Below are positions 25,589 to 49,090 of a DNA stretch of 64,000 nucleotides, one piece after another. Source of the stretch: Puccinia triticina (lineage: Eukaryota); assembly GCA_026914245.1 (NCBI GenBank), contig CP110439.1:4774001-4838000 (forward strand). Reading direction: 5' to 3'. The notes under the pieces are model-generated. The model did no database searches and was not told the DNA's origin. It saw only the letters and a program-made list of their open reading frames with translations. How positions within the stretch are numbered: position 1 is the first letter of the stretch; each line of letters begins with the position of its first letter. The translations under genes and the position numbers were made by a program.

Positions 25589-25782
25589 GTTGGACTGCGT
25601 ACTTGATCAAAACTCAAAGAATTCAGGTACATTTACACTCTCTGTCATCGTTTAAATTCTAGTCCTAATCTAATTTCGAACCGAACACCGGGTCCCTTCC
25701 TTAATCCTTTATAGTAAATATCAGGTGGAAGCTATTCCCGGGATTCCAAATTCATTAAGACTGACCAAGCGGCTTACACCAG

Positions 25783-26241
25783 ATGAAAGCAGTTTCAAAT
25801 CTTGCCGCCTTTCTTGCTGCAACAGCCGCACTTGGCCCTCTCAAAACCTACTGCGGACCTCTCATCGAACACTCCCAGGTTGCTTTTCACCTGATTCCCC
25901 TGGAGAGGGGGAAGGACCCGGATAAACCCATCAGAATAAACCACACAAAATACTTCGAGTATTACGATTGGAAGGGAAGTTCCACTGTTGAAATAGAAAA
26001 TGGGAACATTTGGGTCACATTCCCGTTCGGGTATTACCTCCTACAAGTTAAACAAGGCGACAAGATACTGGTCGTATTAAGAAAATCCGACCTCTTGACC
26101 GAGAGGATGGCATATGAGAAACACCGTGTAGCTACGCTGGGAAGTTGGACGGGAGGATATACCCAAATACTAAGCGTTAAGTATGTCATCACCGCCGAGT
26201 CACTTGAAGAATCCATGGAAAGACAGAAAAACAGTTTGTGA
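25783..26241 (+). CDS. Small putatively secreted protein (152 aa), effector candidate
   Basis: ATG-initiated uninterrupted ORF with signal-peptide-like start MKAVSNLAAFLAATAALG; no recognisable domain. Confidence 0.6.
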   Translation: MKAVSNLAAFLAATAALGPLKTYCGPLIEHSQVAFHLIPLERGKDPDKPIRINHTKYFEYYDWKGSSTVEIENGNIWVTFPFGYYLLQVKQGDKILVVLRKSDLLTERMAYEKHRVATLGSWTGGYTQILSVKYVITAESLEESMERQKNSL

Positions 26242-27426
26242 GTCATTTCTATTCTTCATCAGTTTGGTCGTTTGTAAGGTTTCAGTGCACAGGAGAGCAA
26301 CGGTGATGTAATAGCTCTGATATATGCGCGAGCATAATCATCTCTGAAATGACCCTAAAGAGATACAGAGCAAGCAAAATGAGTCCATAGTTTCCTCCAC
26401 AAGTCCAACTTGTTTTATAACACAGAAATTGGGCCTAGGAGTACCATTTGGCCCTGAAATTCAGCAGCCTATCTATCCCTGGGGACTGGATGGGTAATAT
26501 TTTTCTTGGTCCTGGACCTAACCCCACCCCCATTTATGCAGTATGAAGATTGACTTGCATAAAATCATAAAATTTCAAGCTGAAAAGAATTTGTACCATA
26601 CAAACACTCAAAGTGGAACAATATTTCCACGTGGTATACAAAAAATCATCACCCAAATTTTCTATTCCCCATTTGGATGCATCATGAATGTAGGTGTTAT
26701 ATTTCACAAATCATTAAATAGAAACCAAACTATTCAAAATGTGGTACTTATATGTTTTTGCAGGCAAGGTGAACCACTGATCTCCTAAATATCTCCATCA
26801 GATTTGAAAAATTTGGCTATATTCAGTGCCATAATATGAATATTACACTCTTGGCCATTATAAAGTGTAATATTGGTTTTATGGTGCTGAATATGGTTGA
26901 ATTATTTCAATCTGAGAAGAATATTGAGGTGATCAGGTGTTCAAATTTTCTGAAAGAGAAATTAGGTACCACATTTCTAATGGGTTGTTGTTTATTCAAT
27001 GATTTGTGCAATAGAACACCTGCAATTATGATGCATTCAAACAGGACCTACAATTTTGTGATATGATGTTTTAAAACCAATCTGCTTGCATCATGATCCT
27101 TAATCCCTGCTGGTGCTGCTTTCAGATTCAGAACTGACTTTTGAATGCCATGTATATCTCAACCATTGTCTCTACTCTGAAAATCAACCAAAACTTCCTC
27201 TCATAGTCCAATATCACCCTTTGAAAGTTGTCAGAACTTAGTTGGTAACACATCCAGTGAAAATTTTCCAAAGGTCACCAAGAATTCTGGACAATATTCA
27301 TATAAGCCAGCTCAATATTTCCAAAAATATCCAGCTCAGTATTTCTAAAAATATTCCAAAGTTCAAAATATCCCTCCAGCCTTTAACACAAACAATTTTC
27401 ATTATTTTGAACAAATACAATCCCAG

Positions 27427-28842
27427 ATGGACCCCATATTGCAGCTATTAGATCTTTCAAAAGATGAGATTGATTTTTCCAATGAATTAAAACAACTTCT
27501 CCCCCTTTCAGAATGTGCTGAAAAAATCACAAATACTCTGGGAGGTGAAATGGATAGCCATGCAATCTCAAAATTCAATGTAAGTAACAACCACACAATT
27601 TTCTCAAGCAAGTATGTCACCCAAGTGTAGGATCATCTGAATTTTGAACTTTGATGAAAAACAATGGAAAAAAAGAAAGAAGAAAAAGCACTCAGAAAGG
27701 TGTTTTCACTAGGCCAAGTGAGTTGTAGGAAAAATTTTGTGTCAATTTTACAGTCTTGTTGATTTTTGAAAGTTTGTAGATGTTAAGGAAAACTACAAGT
27801 TGGTGTAAAAACTCACAATCACAAGTTCAAGAGGCAATATCAGATTTGGTTAGAAATGACATTCCATTGATTTTATTATTCTTTCATAGATGGAGGTTCA
27901 AATTTTTATTCACTTATATTTTGCATATTCTACATGTACAACAGAATTCTGAAGTGCAAGATTTTATCACAATGGTTGGAAAACATCATCACCAATACCA
28001 GATCTTGGCTGATCAAGAAATTTAATTTGAACCTGAGGATCAATTTGATGAGGTAAGTGATGAATCTTGAATTTTTGAGTCCTATATTCATGATTGAGGA
28101 GCTTACATCATAATATTTTTTGAAGGATCAATATATTACCCTGGAAATACATGATAATGGAGTGTCACATTTTTCCAGAATTTCTGAAAACCATGATCCT
28201 TCAAAAGAAAGAAAGAAATCCACAAAACTTGAACTTGAAAAGCAGTTTGAGGGAGATCCTGGAGAACAAAAGCTTGAAAAACCAAATCTTAAGAAATTTT
28301 GTGATCAAAAAATCACAGCAAATTCTAATTCTAAGACATCACAAATCTCCAAAGCACATAGAACCTTGGCAGAATTTTTTTATGGTGGAACAAATACTCT
28401 TAAAGACAACAACAAAACCCATGACCAAGATTCAAACCTAAAAGGTCTACCCCAACCTCTTGTAAATTACCAGCCACAGGTTTCAATAAAAAATCTGGAA
28501 GATGGGCCATATAACTTTGTGGGTTCTCAAGAGGCAAGGAATGAAATCCAAGAACAAATTTTTGACAGAATCAAACCCAAAATAAGATCACAAAAAGACA
28601 AAAAAGGACTGGTTTCTGAGGCAATTTCTACTTACCAGAGGATGAATGTTAGTGATGAGGGGGTGAAAGAGATAATTAAAGATTTTTGCCTGTTGGAAGA
28701 TGAGTCGCTAGCCGCTGAATTTTTAGCCGCTAAAGGACATGAACTCCGTCTTCAACTTCTTGAAAGAGAGGTCAATAGGAAAAAGGCAGAACTAGATGAA
28801 AAATTGAAACTGAAAGGAAAAGGTATTTCAGCACTCACATAG
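27427..28842 (+). pseudogene. Degenerate multi-exon gene, possibly a Harbinger-type accessory (Myb/SANT-like) protein
   Basis: AT-rich, CpG-poor ORF pieces with stops and GT-AG introns; C-terminus LLEDESLAAEFLA...RLQLLEREV is reminiscent of Harbinger accessory proteins (inference only). Confidence 0.3.
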
Positions 28843-31394
28843 CTAAAGTATTAATTTGATTTGATTTAATTAAATGATTGAAAGGGAAAATGAATCAAAT
28901 TTAAAGGAATGAGGTAGAAACATAAAGCCTGAGAATGAATTGTTGTTTAATATTTTTTGTCATTTCATCTCAGATCCACCATTGAAATATCAAGTAAGGA
29001 TTTTTATCTTTGTAATCAATTCCAGGCGGGTTTTACAAATTTCTGTTTCAATACAGTAAATATACCCATGATTAAAATCTGCACAAATCACTGCATGCCT
29101 CATAATTGAATTAAAATATTTTTGCCACAGGTTGTTTCTCTTTTCTCTTTTTTTCTGCTTGCATCCAATGATATTTCCCCAATGTCACAACACACGCAGA
29201 TGACAATGTGAGTCTCTGAATCAGGCCTATGTATAAGCAAAACTTAAAAACTAACATACATGAAGTATATATGGTAAACAATTTTCATTAAAGATGCATG
29301 TCTACACGTACAATTATCCATTTTTAGCCATTATCTGTATGATAACAGCTAAAAAAATTGATATGCAGACATGTATCTTCAATGGAAAAAAATTAATATG
29401 TACCCTTGGTGTATTGTATTTGTTTAAGTGTTGGTATAAGTAGGAAAGAGACACATACCTACCTCCACTAAAGCCTCACACAAGCCCCTTGGTGAGAGAC
29501 CTTAGGGAAGCACCACAGGCTCTCTGTATCACATATTAGATTGTGCCCAATATCCAAGGTTGGGTGTGGATCCTGTGTGATTTTGACCCAAAAATACTGT
29601 TCACTACACAACCTATAAAAAACTGTACTGAAGTGTAGCTATTGGGATGTTTGAAGACCTCATAGCTGTGCATGTTGGGTATATAGCCATCTATTTATCA
29701 TCTCTTCTTTGAAAAACTGGCCACTTCCAAAGCTCATAAAACCAGTAAAGAGATGAGGAAGGCCCAGTCAAGTATTCCCTATGTATCTGAGAAGTTGACA
29801 GGTCTCCCACAGTTCCTTACTGGGGGCGGTTGGCCAAGAGAGGGTTTTGGATCCCCTCTATCTTTGTGATCTGATGGATGATGCAAATAAAAAATTGTAG
29901 CAGTAGGATTGAAGACAGATGGAGGGCTTCAAAATAACACAAGGGCAGAGGTTTTGGGTGAAAGGGTGCTGAGAGGACCTGGGGGCAAATATTTACACCA
30001 CAAAAAATGTTGAATTTTTACCTCATTATCCACACCAAATTGGGGTTGTTGGGCCCAATTCCCTCCCTGCAGTTGGCGCAATGCAACTGGGGTGTGGCCA
30101 ATCCAGCCCAATCCAGCCACCTTCTGGCTACTCAACCCAAGCTACATATGCACCCCCATAGGGAATTGAGACTTGTGTTAGCTCAAACCAGGTGATGATG
30201 TGAGCTTGACTAAGATCAGTCACATTTTTCAGGTTAAGTTGACAATTTCAGGGAACTTAACCTAGCTGGCAATTGAATTGGTCCTGGCTGACCCAGGGTC
30301 AACAAAACTAAGGCTTGATTTCAGGTTTAGGTTCACTCAATTTAGCTATCCTAAACATGAAATTTAGCCTCAGGCTAGGGCATTTCTGATGTCAGTTAGC
30401 CTGAAACTGACCCAACAAATGTGTCTGCCCAGCTGAAATAGCCTCAGTCAGCTAACCTGCCCACAAAAACCAGGCTTAATTGACCTGGAAATCTAGCCAA
30501 AAAATGTGAATACTCTAAGCCTCTCTGAGGAGGCACAAATCACCTCCAAAGGAGAGGCCTACCTCCATTTTCACACCATTGGCCCTACAGACTCAAGATT
30601 TTCTGATAAAAATCCCTATCTTCTTTTCAAAATGTTTTTACAATTGTAGTATTTTATCAAGAAGAAACAAACTTGTAGACAGATTTTTTTCATTTCATGG
30701 TTCTTTACCTTACTAGTGACTCACAAAATTACTGGTCCATGAAGTGGTTCTGAAGTGGTGTTTAGGTATTTTTGAGCTCAAAACTTGAGAGTTCCTGAGC
30801 TCACACAACCTCAGGGGGGGCAGATTGGTTACAGAAATCTGCCATGAAAAACAGTTACCGGATGTTTCTTTCCAGCGGGATGGATATGGAGGTTGAAGTG
30901 GGGGAAAATAAGCTAAGAAGCTTGTGATTTCAATGGTCCCAAAGGCACAAAAAAATCAGAGGTTCACAGGGAGGTGTTGGGTAAAATAGGGGAGTGTGAC
31001 ACATTCCCTGCCATCTTGCTTGATTCCGCAGGGTGAGACACACCATTTGGAGGCATGTCCCTACTTTGGAGGTCGCCAGTGCTACTCTCGTCCGAGGAGG
31101 GACTTGTGTTTCGATGATGATGATCCGAGTGGGCTGGGTCTCCCGCCGCATCCGCAGTGAGAGCCGCCTGCCTGTATTCGATCTGCGCGGCGCCCCGCGC
31201 ACCGCAACAGAGCACGAAACCCAATGACTGCAACGTCCCGATTGACTGAGCAACTAGCTCGATCTCGACTTCGACTTCACGCGATATTTGTGTCGTTTTG
31301 AAGGCCTGCCGTCATTCAGTCATCTTGAATCCATCCGATTCCCCAAGGATCGGTCTTCGCGTCAAGCTTCAGCTAACTTGACGCCTCTCGCAAC

Positions 31395-40311
<8,917 letters not shown>

Positions 40312-41488
40312 ACACCTTCCTTTCTGGTGGATGAACTTTGTGTGATAGGCACCCCTTTCACTCATGCTCTTCGTCCTCGAGTCTATCAACATATGACCAG
40401 AAAATTTGGCAAGTATTGGACATAGGAGCACGAAGCTGTCTTGTTCCTCTTCTTAGATCTCCATTAAAAACTCATGTGATTCTGTAAAACGATGTTCGGT
40501 GTTCCTCATTCACCACTTTTCTGCTACATCTTTCTCTATTTTTCAACTCTCATATATTTTTGGAGAAGCAAAAGCACTCGCATCCATATCGAAAAATCAC
40601 AAAACCCGCCGGTTTGATAATCCGCTTCTTCCTCCACTGCAATACATAGTTATCCTCTTGTCCGAATATACATTGATGTTTTCGGTCATGCTGAGGCTCT
40701 TTGGATTGATGTTCGTAATAAATCAATTGTGGGCAAAACAAAACTGGTGGAGTTGCAGAGGAATACATGTGTGCTTTCAAATAGGGAAATTCTCAAGGAC
40801 TCTAGATGAAATCAAAACTGCGCTGCACCACAATGTGACTACGCTCTGAGAAGTATACAGTCAGAGGTAGAGTGGGAATAAAAGGAGATTGAGAAAAAGA
40901 AAAGAATGCATAATTACATTAAGGAAAGAATAGGTAAAGATGAGGAGGAAGACATTGTTAAAGAAATATAGCGGGCAAGAAGGGAACGGAAAACTAGACA
41001 TAACTAACATGACATTCAAGTTCCAAACACACCCTTCTCCCTTCCCACCCATGATGAGTGTTTAGCAAAAGCTCCCCTCCCATGCTTTGTTTGTGAAATA
41101 GCTTGCAAGGAGCGGATCAGCGCCCCATGACCGAGTCCTGTGATGGTCTTCTGGCGTAGTCACTGCAGATTATGACTATTCCCCCTTTTTCCCCTCCATC
41201 AAGACCAATCTTTTTGGTTTCAGAAAGGATAAAAAGAAAGAGATCAGGTAATAAAACTGGTAGACATCTTTATGTTTCAAGTATTCTGTATGATTGGTTA
41301 GCTACGGAGCAGAAAAAAACAACCTGCAAAAAAAAAAGCGCTTCAGACCTGCGAATATCTGACTTTTTTTATATTAAAAGAACGAGTATGTATAGAGAAA
41401 CAAAAAACGAGCTGAAATGTGATTTTTTCTTTTCTTTATTCAACAAAAAAAACACGCATAAATCGAAGTGGATATCTAGGTTTTTCTT

Positions 41489-43635
41489 TTATAGTTCGAT
41501 TCTCCAAGAAGTGAGAGGAAGAGTGAAGTTAAGGATAGAAGTATCTGGTTTCTGTGTAAAGAAGAAAAAAAGTTCAATGGCAGCTTTTCAGCAAAGAGTG
41601 GGAGGGAGGAGGGACTGACTTTAGTAGCGAGATAGACCAATGAGCCTAGGATAGCGGAGACGCTAAGGATAAGAGCAAGGACGCTAGATACGATGATGAG
41701 GATGAACTTGAGGTCGTCGAAGCCCATCTTGGGTTTAGCAGTGAGCTGTGCGGGCGGCGGCTTGATGCCGATCCGGCGCAGGGCCGGCTGTTGGTTTACT
41801 CGGACGTCTTGGATGTTCGAGGCAATAGGGTCGTCGGAGTATAGCGGCGGCGGATTCATCGGCGTGATAAAACTCGGATAACGGTTCTCTGCCCATGCTA
41901 TGATCTATGTAACTCACCGTCAGTTGTATGCTTATCGGTTATTTAGATTTGTTCCACTCTCACCTTCCCGACTAGCACGCATAGCTGCAGATAATTCGGG
42001 TCACTGGGATCGGCTCGTTGATGGATCCTATGGGCAAAGTCTACAAAGATGTAAGACAGGTCTCGGGGATTGATAGCTTTAGATATCAACTGTAAAACAG
42101 AAGGGAGCAAATCAGATGAAAAACTATGTGATATCGAAAAAAGAAAGAGAAACTAACAAGGGCCATTAAGCTCCTGCGAATCTTGACGTTTTTCTGGAAG
42201 ACGTCCAAGTTTTCGAAGCACAATTCGAGTGTGGCGATAGCCATGACTTGAGGGATAGCACAGAAGTTGAAGATGGACTGATTTTTCAAGAGGGTCATGT
42301 ATTCGAGGGCGTCGATAGCATGACTGAGGGTGTCGATAGTCATCTCGGTGAGAGCCCAGCGGGCCTGTTTCTGGAATTGGGGCTGAGTGAGGAGCTTGGG
42401 TTGGTCGACGAACTTGCGCCAGATAGCTTCGGGCCAGAACATCCGTCCGGCATCCACGTCCTCCCGGAAGTCGCGAAGGATGTTGGTCTTCTGGAGCAGC
42501 AGGCCCATCGAGTTGCTCAGGCGAAGCTGGTAGCCCAGCTCCGCATTCTCCTTCCCCGACTCCGAAAACAGCCGCGATAGACCCTCCCCCACTAACCCTG
42601 CTACGTAATGGCAGTATCCGTCAAAGGCACCCATCGTGTCGATCGAGAACACTCCCCCGCCCTCTACCGCCGTCCGTGCAAATCTTGCCATCCCCGATCC
42701 CATTCGAGCCGTCACGTCTACGATAATATTTCGATACCTGTTTCCCTCAAAATTGATTCCTCCAGTCGATCAGAAAAAACACCCATTCTATTTCTCGAGG
42801 CCAAAAGTAACTTTGGATCACTTACTTGGGCTCTAGAACTTGAAATTCTGTTATCACCTTGTCGAACTCTACCAATAGGTTTCGGTCTTTTTCCGTCGGA
42901 CTACCTACAGCCATGAAGAGGTTGAAAAGGGGGGAATTAAATTGAGGGATCGATTGATAAAAAAAACAGGTGAGATTTGACAGGTCATTTTTTTTTGCAG
43001 AGGGTTATATAATTTGATGGTGACCCACATCCGTCGAAGTTCCAGCCGGGCTGATCGAGCTTTTGGTAGAAGGTTTTGAGGAGGGTTTCTTTGAGTTCGA
43101 TGTTGATTGACATATCATCTTCGACGGTATCGAGCCCCCTGAGGACGAGATAAAAGATGCAGACCTGCACTCAAAAAAAAAAAAAAAAAAAAAAAAGCAC
43201 ATTGGTCGGTGCCCGGATTCCTTAGCCAGCACAAGAGGAGCTTTCCAGACGAGCCAACGTACGACTCGTGAGAGCTCGCCGTCGAGCTCTTTGATCACCG
43301 CACTGAAGCTGCGGCTCGTTTGGTCGAGGAATGTCCAGCATGCCTTCATGGTGGGCTCATTGATTCGAGTGATCCTACACAAAAAAAAGAACAGAATTCA
43401 TTTCTTCTTGTTAGAGGTGCTCATGGAAGAAAAAAACGGAGACTGGACTCACTCCGGATGTTCTTCCAGATTCGGCGGGTCATACCAGAGTTTATGATTC
43501 ACTAGAGCCTGGTTTGTCCGGGCGAACAGAGAATCAGTTTTTGGCGCAAATTATTTTTGAATGGATGGATGGATGGCTTACTTTGAGTTCTTGAGGGTGG
43601 CGGATCGCCAGCCAGACCAATCCGAGCAAGTTCAT
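41489..43635 (-). CDS. ERG9: Squalene synthase (farnesyl-diphosphate farnesyltransferase)
   Basis: [72 protein letters not shown]-terminal transmembrane anchor; ATG at 43635, stop after a final spliced exon at 41489. Confidence 0.96.
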
Positions 43636-44626
43636 CGGGTGTTCAGTTGTTTTCGAGGATAACTATTTTCTGCAACGACTGGCTCCGATCGACGAGTGGG
43701 GCTTCTTCTTCTGGGACTGCTCTGACTCCGTTGGGGTGCTGGGGAATGTTTCACAGCAGCTGCTGGTGTAAATCAGCACTTTCATAAACACATAAAACCC
43801 AATCTCCAACGATTTATGTCATGATTTATTATTGTCCCAACCCACACTGAGCCCCTATTTCTGTACAGTCATACACAGAAGACATCCATCAGAGCGCCGC
43901 CAATCACACGCTTTGGGGTACAACTTCCACCCTCACACACCCACACTGATGAGTTGGCGCACGTACATTCACATCTAAATTGCAACTTCACACCAATACA
44001 AAACACCCAGCTTCCACCACGTGTATTTGGGCTTGCTTTGGGAATCGGACTGAATCTGAACTGCTTCGCATTCTATCGCATTTTAAGAACAAACATGTGG
44101 TAATTTTTTGAATAGGAGTTTAGTTCAACCAAGTTCACACATGGTTGGTGGGTGTGGATCGACATAAATCCATATTACACCAAGTTCCCATTGATTCAAG
44201 TCGTGTCATTATGCATACCCTGCAGATCAACTGGAGTCTCGAGACAGCTCGAGACTCGGACTCCCGATGTCTCGCAAGAGAAGGCCCGCCACGCCCAGCC
44301 CATGAGGTTCGGATCGCGATGGGGTGCAGGAGAGCATAGGAGGGTGTAAAAACAAAACGCACGCATTACAGCTTCCTAAGACCTGTTTTGATGACGAAAA
44401 TTTGATTTTCCGCCGGAATACCGCCGGAGACTCAGAGTATAGAAAGGCATGTAGCTGAAATTAGTCATCTTCTCTTGAAAAGGGGTCCAACTGTTGTTTC
44501 TTGCTGAATGAAGACAAAATGATCGGTGTTGGGCTTGGCCGACTGACAAGACCACTCGACCGATTGCCGTCTATGAAGACTATTGAGAGTGACTGTTCTG
44601 CATTTACAGTGGAGAGAAAATTAATA

Positions 44627-44942
44627 TATTGGAGGACTTCCCGTCGAGTCTGGGAGCCTCCCAGATCTCAATTTACACACTCATACTCTTGATTTTTGGT
44701 AGAAGGGAAAATTATGGTATTCATCAGCGTGCATAAGACTTAAAGTGACATCTCCCAGCCAAAATTGCAGTTTATGATTTTATGTAAAAAAATCTTATGC
44801 AATTTTGAATACCATAAATGTTTTCCTAACCCTACAGCTCATGACTTTCATGCGCACTGATTGTTGATTTGGTAGATGTCTTAATTTAGGAGCTGTAGGG
44901 GCATCTAGAGCTCTCTAAATGCCAACGGGAAGTCCTCCATTG
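44627..44942. mobile_element. GGAGGACTTCC-TIR MITE, copy 3
   Basis: TATTGGAGGACTTCCCGT ... ACGGGAAGTCCTCCATTG. Confidence 0.55.
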
Positions 44943-45193
44943 ACCTCCATAAACAAGTCCAAATCACACGAGCTGTTTGGAAACCACAACCAAAATGTGT
45001 GGCTGAGACCACCTCAGGAAATTCTGACATAGTTGCAAGGATGCCAAGTGAGTGGTGAGTTTTTTTGCAGGTCTTTCTCATACCTTTGGTGGCTGTTCTC
45101 AAATTTTTGGGGCTTATTACTTTAGACCTCTGCAGAATGTCTTCCAGACCATGAAGAAAAACTATTTCTTGGCTATTATTGAAAAGTAACATG

Positions 45194-45588
45194 CAACAAT
45201 GGGAAGTTACGTTATCTGTAACAAAAAGTAATGGATAATGTAACTGAATTGGTGCCGTTATTGTTGCGCTAACAGCAGCGTTGTTTTAGTTACGTTATTT
45301 TTGATTTTTTTCTGTTTTAATAGACCTGTTATGTTATCCCCCGCAATCTGAGGAGGATAACACGGTTTTTTTGCCCATTTTACGGTGCTTTTACGCCAGA
45401 CAACGCGGTTAGCACGTTATTGGCATTATTTTTTGCGGCATCAAGGCAGAAAGTCCCCTCCGTTACGTTATCCAAACAAGCGCAGGAACATTTCACCAGA
45501 TAATGATAACACATTATCTAGTAACGGTGGGAAGTTAATTTACAAAAATCCCGCTGGATAACGTAACGTAAGTAACTTCCCATTGTTG
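45194..45588. mobile_element. MITE with CAACAATGGGAAGTTAC TIRs (P-like)
   Basis: TIR pair; imperfect 7-bp flanks TAACATG / ATTCATG; interior rich in CGTTA/TAACG. Confidence 0.7.
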
Positions 45589-45617
45589 ATTCATGTTCAA
45601 GGGTCCTGGAAGTTGAA

Positions 45618-45794
45618 CACTGGAGGACTTCCCATCACTTTTGAACAGACCTGGAATTTCAGATTTTGCAGGGAAATCTGAAATCTGGAACTCTGGAGCA
45701 CTTTGGGGATCTTTGGGGACCTAGATTTCCCTGCAAAATCTGAAATCTGGCTGGTCAGATATGACTTTCCAGATTGACAGGAAGTCCTCCACTG
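45618..45794. mobile_element. GGAGGACTTCC-TIR MITE, copy 4
   Basis: CACTGGAGGACTTCC ... GGAAGTCCTCCACTG; interior similar to 12570-12721. Confidence 0.6.
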
Positions 45795-45949
45795 GCTCAG
45801 CAGTTCCACTCCTTCTCAAGATGTGAAGCTTTTTAATATGCCCTTCTGGAGGCCTCCTGCAGGCCTTACAATTTACTTTTGGCTTGAATTCCAGATTGTA
45901 GGGATAGCTCAGCCACTAGGAATGATCCAAAAATCAGGCAGACTCAGAC

Positions 45950-46467
45950 TGTCATGGACTCCTGCCAAAATCCTCCAATCCCAGACGCAATACTTGAGCC
46001 ATGGCGTTAGAGCTGCATCATATCATGGTATTTGTAATTCTTGTTGAGAAAGAAAAAAATTGAAGGATATTGAGGGTAGCCACAGATAACACAAAACTGA
46101 TGAATGATACACAAGAGGCAAATAAATGAAATGTGTTAGAAAGAGAAATAACTGACAATGATTCCTCATGAATTTGTGAAGCATTAAATTTGCCAGCGGA
46201 GAATTTAGGAGTGGGTCTTTGGCCCCAAAACTTGGGGGGAGAACTTCCAATTGCAGCCTGTACATGGGACGGGAAGGAAAATGGCATTGCGGAGTCTTCT
46301 GGTGCTTGGCAGTTGGCCAGGCTTCACAAAACTCATCATGGAAAAAAATGACCAATATATGTGAGCAGAAAATATTTGCTGCGCAGTGCGCACTCTCTTC
46401 AAACATTTCACACCCTACCTATTGTTCAAACTCAAGTTTTCCCAATTTACAAGTTTGTTGCTTGACA
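45950..46467 (+). mobile_element. Possible LTR remnant
   Basis: TGTCA...TGACA ends followed by TTGG (primer-binding-site-like); no TSD or partner LTR seen. Confidence 0.3.
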
Positions 46468-48249
46468 TTGGGAGGCGGGCATTTGGAAGGGCCCTGAGGT
46501 ATGATTGAGAGACCACTGATCTCCTCAAACTGGACTGAGTGTTGTGCCTGGGATTGTTTCACTGATCAGAAAGCAAGGATACTCTTCTCTGAGCAGTAAT
46601 AGGCCAAAATCAGTTGGTTTCACTGATCACAAGTTGATTTATCTTCACAAGTACAAAATCTATGGGGAACTGCACTACAAAATGTGTAGACCTGTGTAGA
46701 CCTATTTATAGACTGACAGATATTACCCCAAAAAGAGATAGGAATATAACCAGGGATCAAACATTCCTGTAGGGTTTGGACTCCTTGGCAAGGAAAGAGA
46801 GTGAAAATAGACTACTTGGGAAGGAAACAGGGAGAATAGAGAGAGATCATATAAACCCCAACATTTGGTTGGGGTAACAGACAGGTCCAGTTTGGACAAC
46901 TTGAGAGACATGTTGGCAAGGGAGTTAAGCGGCGGGTGTGCGGTTCAAGACATTGACCTCAGCCGCAACCTCATCAGGGGTTGGGAGCTTGAATCCTTAG
47001 GATTTGCAACATTGTAAATTGTACTTTGACCATGCGGTGGTTGATCCACGGCTGCTTGTTTGTTGCTGGTGCGGCCTTGTGGGCACTGGTGAGCGCTCTC
47101 TTGGAGATGAGTGGAGCCTGGAGGTGAAGATGAGGGAAGATTGTTGAAACTCGCCTTGACTTATGACATATTCCAACAATCCATGTACTCTGTACGCGCT
47201 ACTACTTGCGCTCACAATCCTGCGCCGCAACATGCGCAGAAATTCACAAGCTCAATCTCATTGGTTGAAACCTATTCCTTAAACATGTCTCACGCCTTGA
47301 GATCTCTCTCAGTTTCCTCATGAACCTCTCAACCTTATTCATCTGACTCAAGATTCAGCTCATCACCTTGTTGATCCTCTCTGCGCCTCTCCTCACTCAA
47401 GATCAAGACGTCAAGACATTCTCAAAACCTTGTCAACAAGTCTCCACAAAGCTTTATCTAGGATCACCTGTTTAGCTTCCCACTTGGTGAGAAATGCACC
47501 TTGCATTTCCCAAATCCTCTTCTCATTTATCTTTTCCTCAACCTACTAACACTCTTGATCTTTCATCAGTCATTTTCTTCAGATCTTTGTGCTCCTTTTT
47601 TTCTTAGCTCCATACTGTTGTCCTTATTCTCTCCTCAGGGTTTTTTCTCTTTCTTCTTGTCTATCTTCCCTTTGGTTCTCACAACTAATCCTCAATCCCA
47701 ACAACTCAGCTCAACACAACATCTCGTCACACCTTCAATTCCCAGTTGTTCTTTTACAGATAGCCATCTGTCTCAGGGCTTGTTTTCTTATTAAATTAGT
47801 TTATTTCCTTCCTATAATGTTTTCTCATTCTTGTTCTTTTTTAGTTTTTGGTCTTTTGCTCTGAAATTCAGTCCCAGGTTCTTTAAAGATGAAGGGGAGG
47901 AGACAAGGGTGGGAGCAAACCAGGGGGGCATAAATAAAGTCCCAATCAAAGGGGGAAAAAAGTGGGTGCTGCAGACTGCTTCGATTCAATTTCCCAGCAG
48001 CTGACCATGCAAGGCTTCATGGTCAGCTGGTCAATGACCAAGCGGCTGTCTTTAGGGACTCTTACGGTTGGGCTGCCAGCTTGCATGCTGGGTAGCTGAC
48101 CAACAGCCTGTGAGATTGTTGGGCTGCAAACAATCTTGGGCATTGGTTACCCGTTGGGTGACTGTAAAAGGCCTGGGAAACACCTGGTGGCAGTCTGCTG
48201 GGTGTGAATCAGGTCGGCCAGTGGGCAGCAGACCGGTCAAGCCAGGAAC

Positions 48250-49090
48250 TAGAGATGGGTGCTTTGCATCCGGGTACGCGCGGCCAATTTTAGCCATTTC
48301 CTGGCATCCGCATCCACATCCGACAGTGGGTACCCGCGCGCGTATCTTTGGATACCTGCCCCTCAAAACGTGCTTACCGGTTGACTGCTGCATATGTCAG
48401 TCAACCGGGAGGCACTTCTCCTGGCCAACTGCTCCATATGGCTGTTGACTGGGAGGGACTTCTCTTGGTCAACTGCTGCAAAATGCTGTCATCCAGAAGG
48501 GACACCTCCAGGTCGACTGGACTGCTCAATATGGCTGTTGACCGGGAGGGACTCCTCCCGGTCAACTGCTTGATATGGGGAGGGACTCCTCCCGGTCGAC
48601 TGCTTGATATGACTGTTGACCGGGAGGGATTTCTCCCGGTTGAATTGTGTGTATAGTTGTTGACCAGGAGGGATTTCTCCCGGTTGACTGGTATGTCTAG
48701 TTGTCAACCGGGAGGGATTCCTCCCGGTTTACTGGTGTGTATATTTGTCCCTCCCAGTCAACTGGTATGTCTAGTTGTCAACCGGGAGGGATTTCTCCCG
48801 GTCAACTGCTTGATACATATGCCTGTTGAACGGGAAGTAATCATCCCAGTTGAATATTGTATGTTGCTGTTGACCGGGAGGGACTCCTCCTGATCAACAG
48901 CAACATAGAACGGCTTTATGGCTTCCAACAGCCGGAGCTCCCATACCCTAGGGAGAGCGGATACCCGCCGGAATACACGGGTACCTGCTGGATTCTGCCG
49001 GAATCTCAGACATCCGCATCCGCTGGCGGGTACCCAAGGGCCTCCAGCGGATAGCGGATACCCGCAACGGGTTCTGTGCACCCATCTCTA
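48250..49090. mobile_element. hAT-type MITE with internal palindromic repeat array
   Basis: TIR TAGAGATGGGTGC / GCACCCATCTCTA; TSD CCAGGAAC vs CCAGAAAC (7/8); repeats of GTTGACCGGGAGGGACTCCTCCCGGTCAAC. Confidence 0.85.

Noticed and set aside
31105..31250. Box C/D snoRNA upstream of PRP8
   Set aside because: The ATGATGA lies within a GAT microsatellite and no terminal stem or guide sequence could be supported
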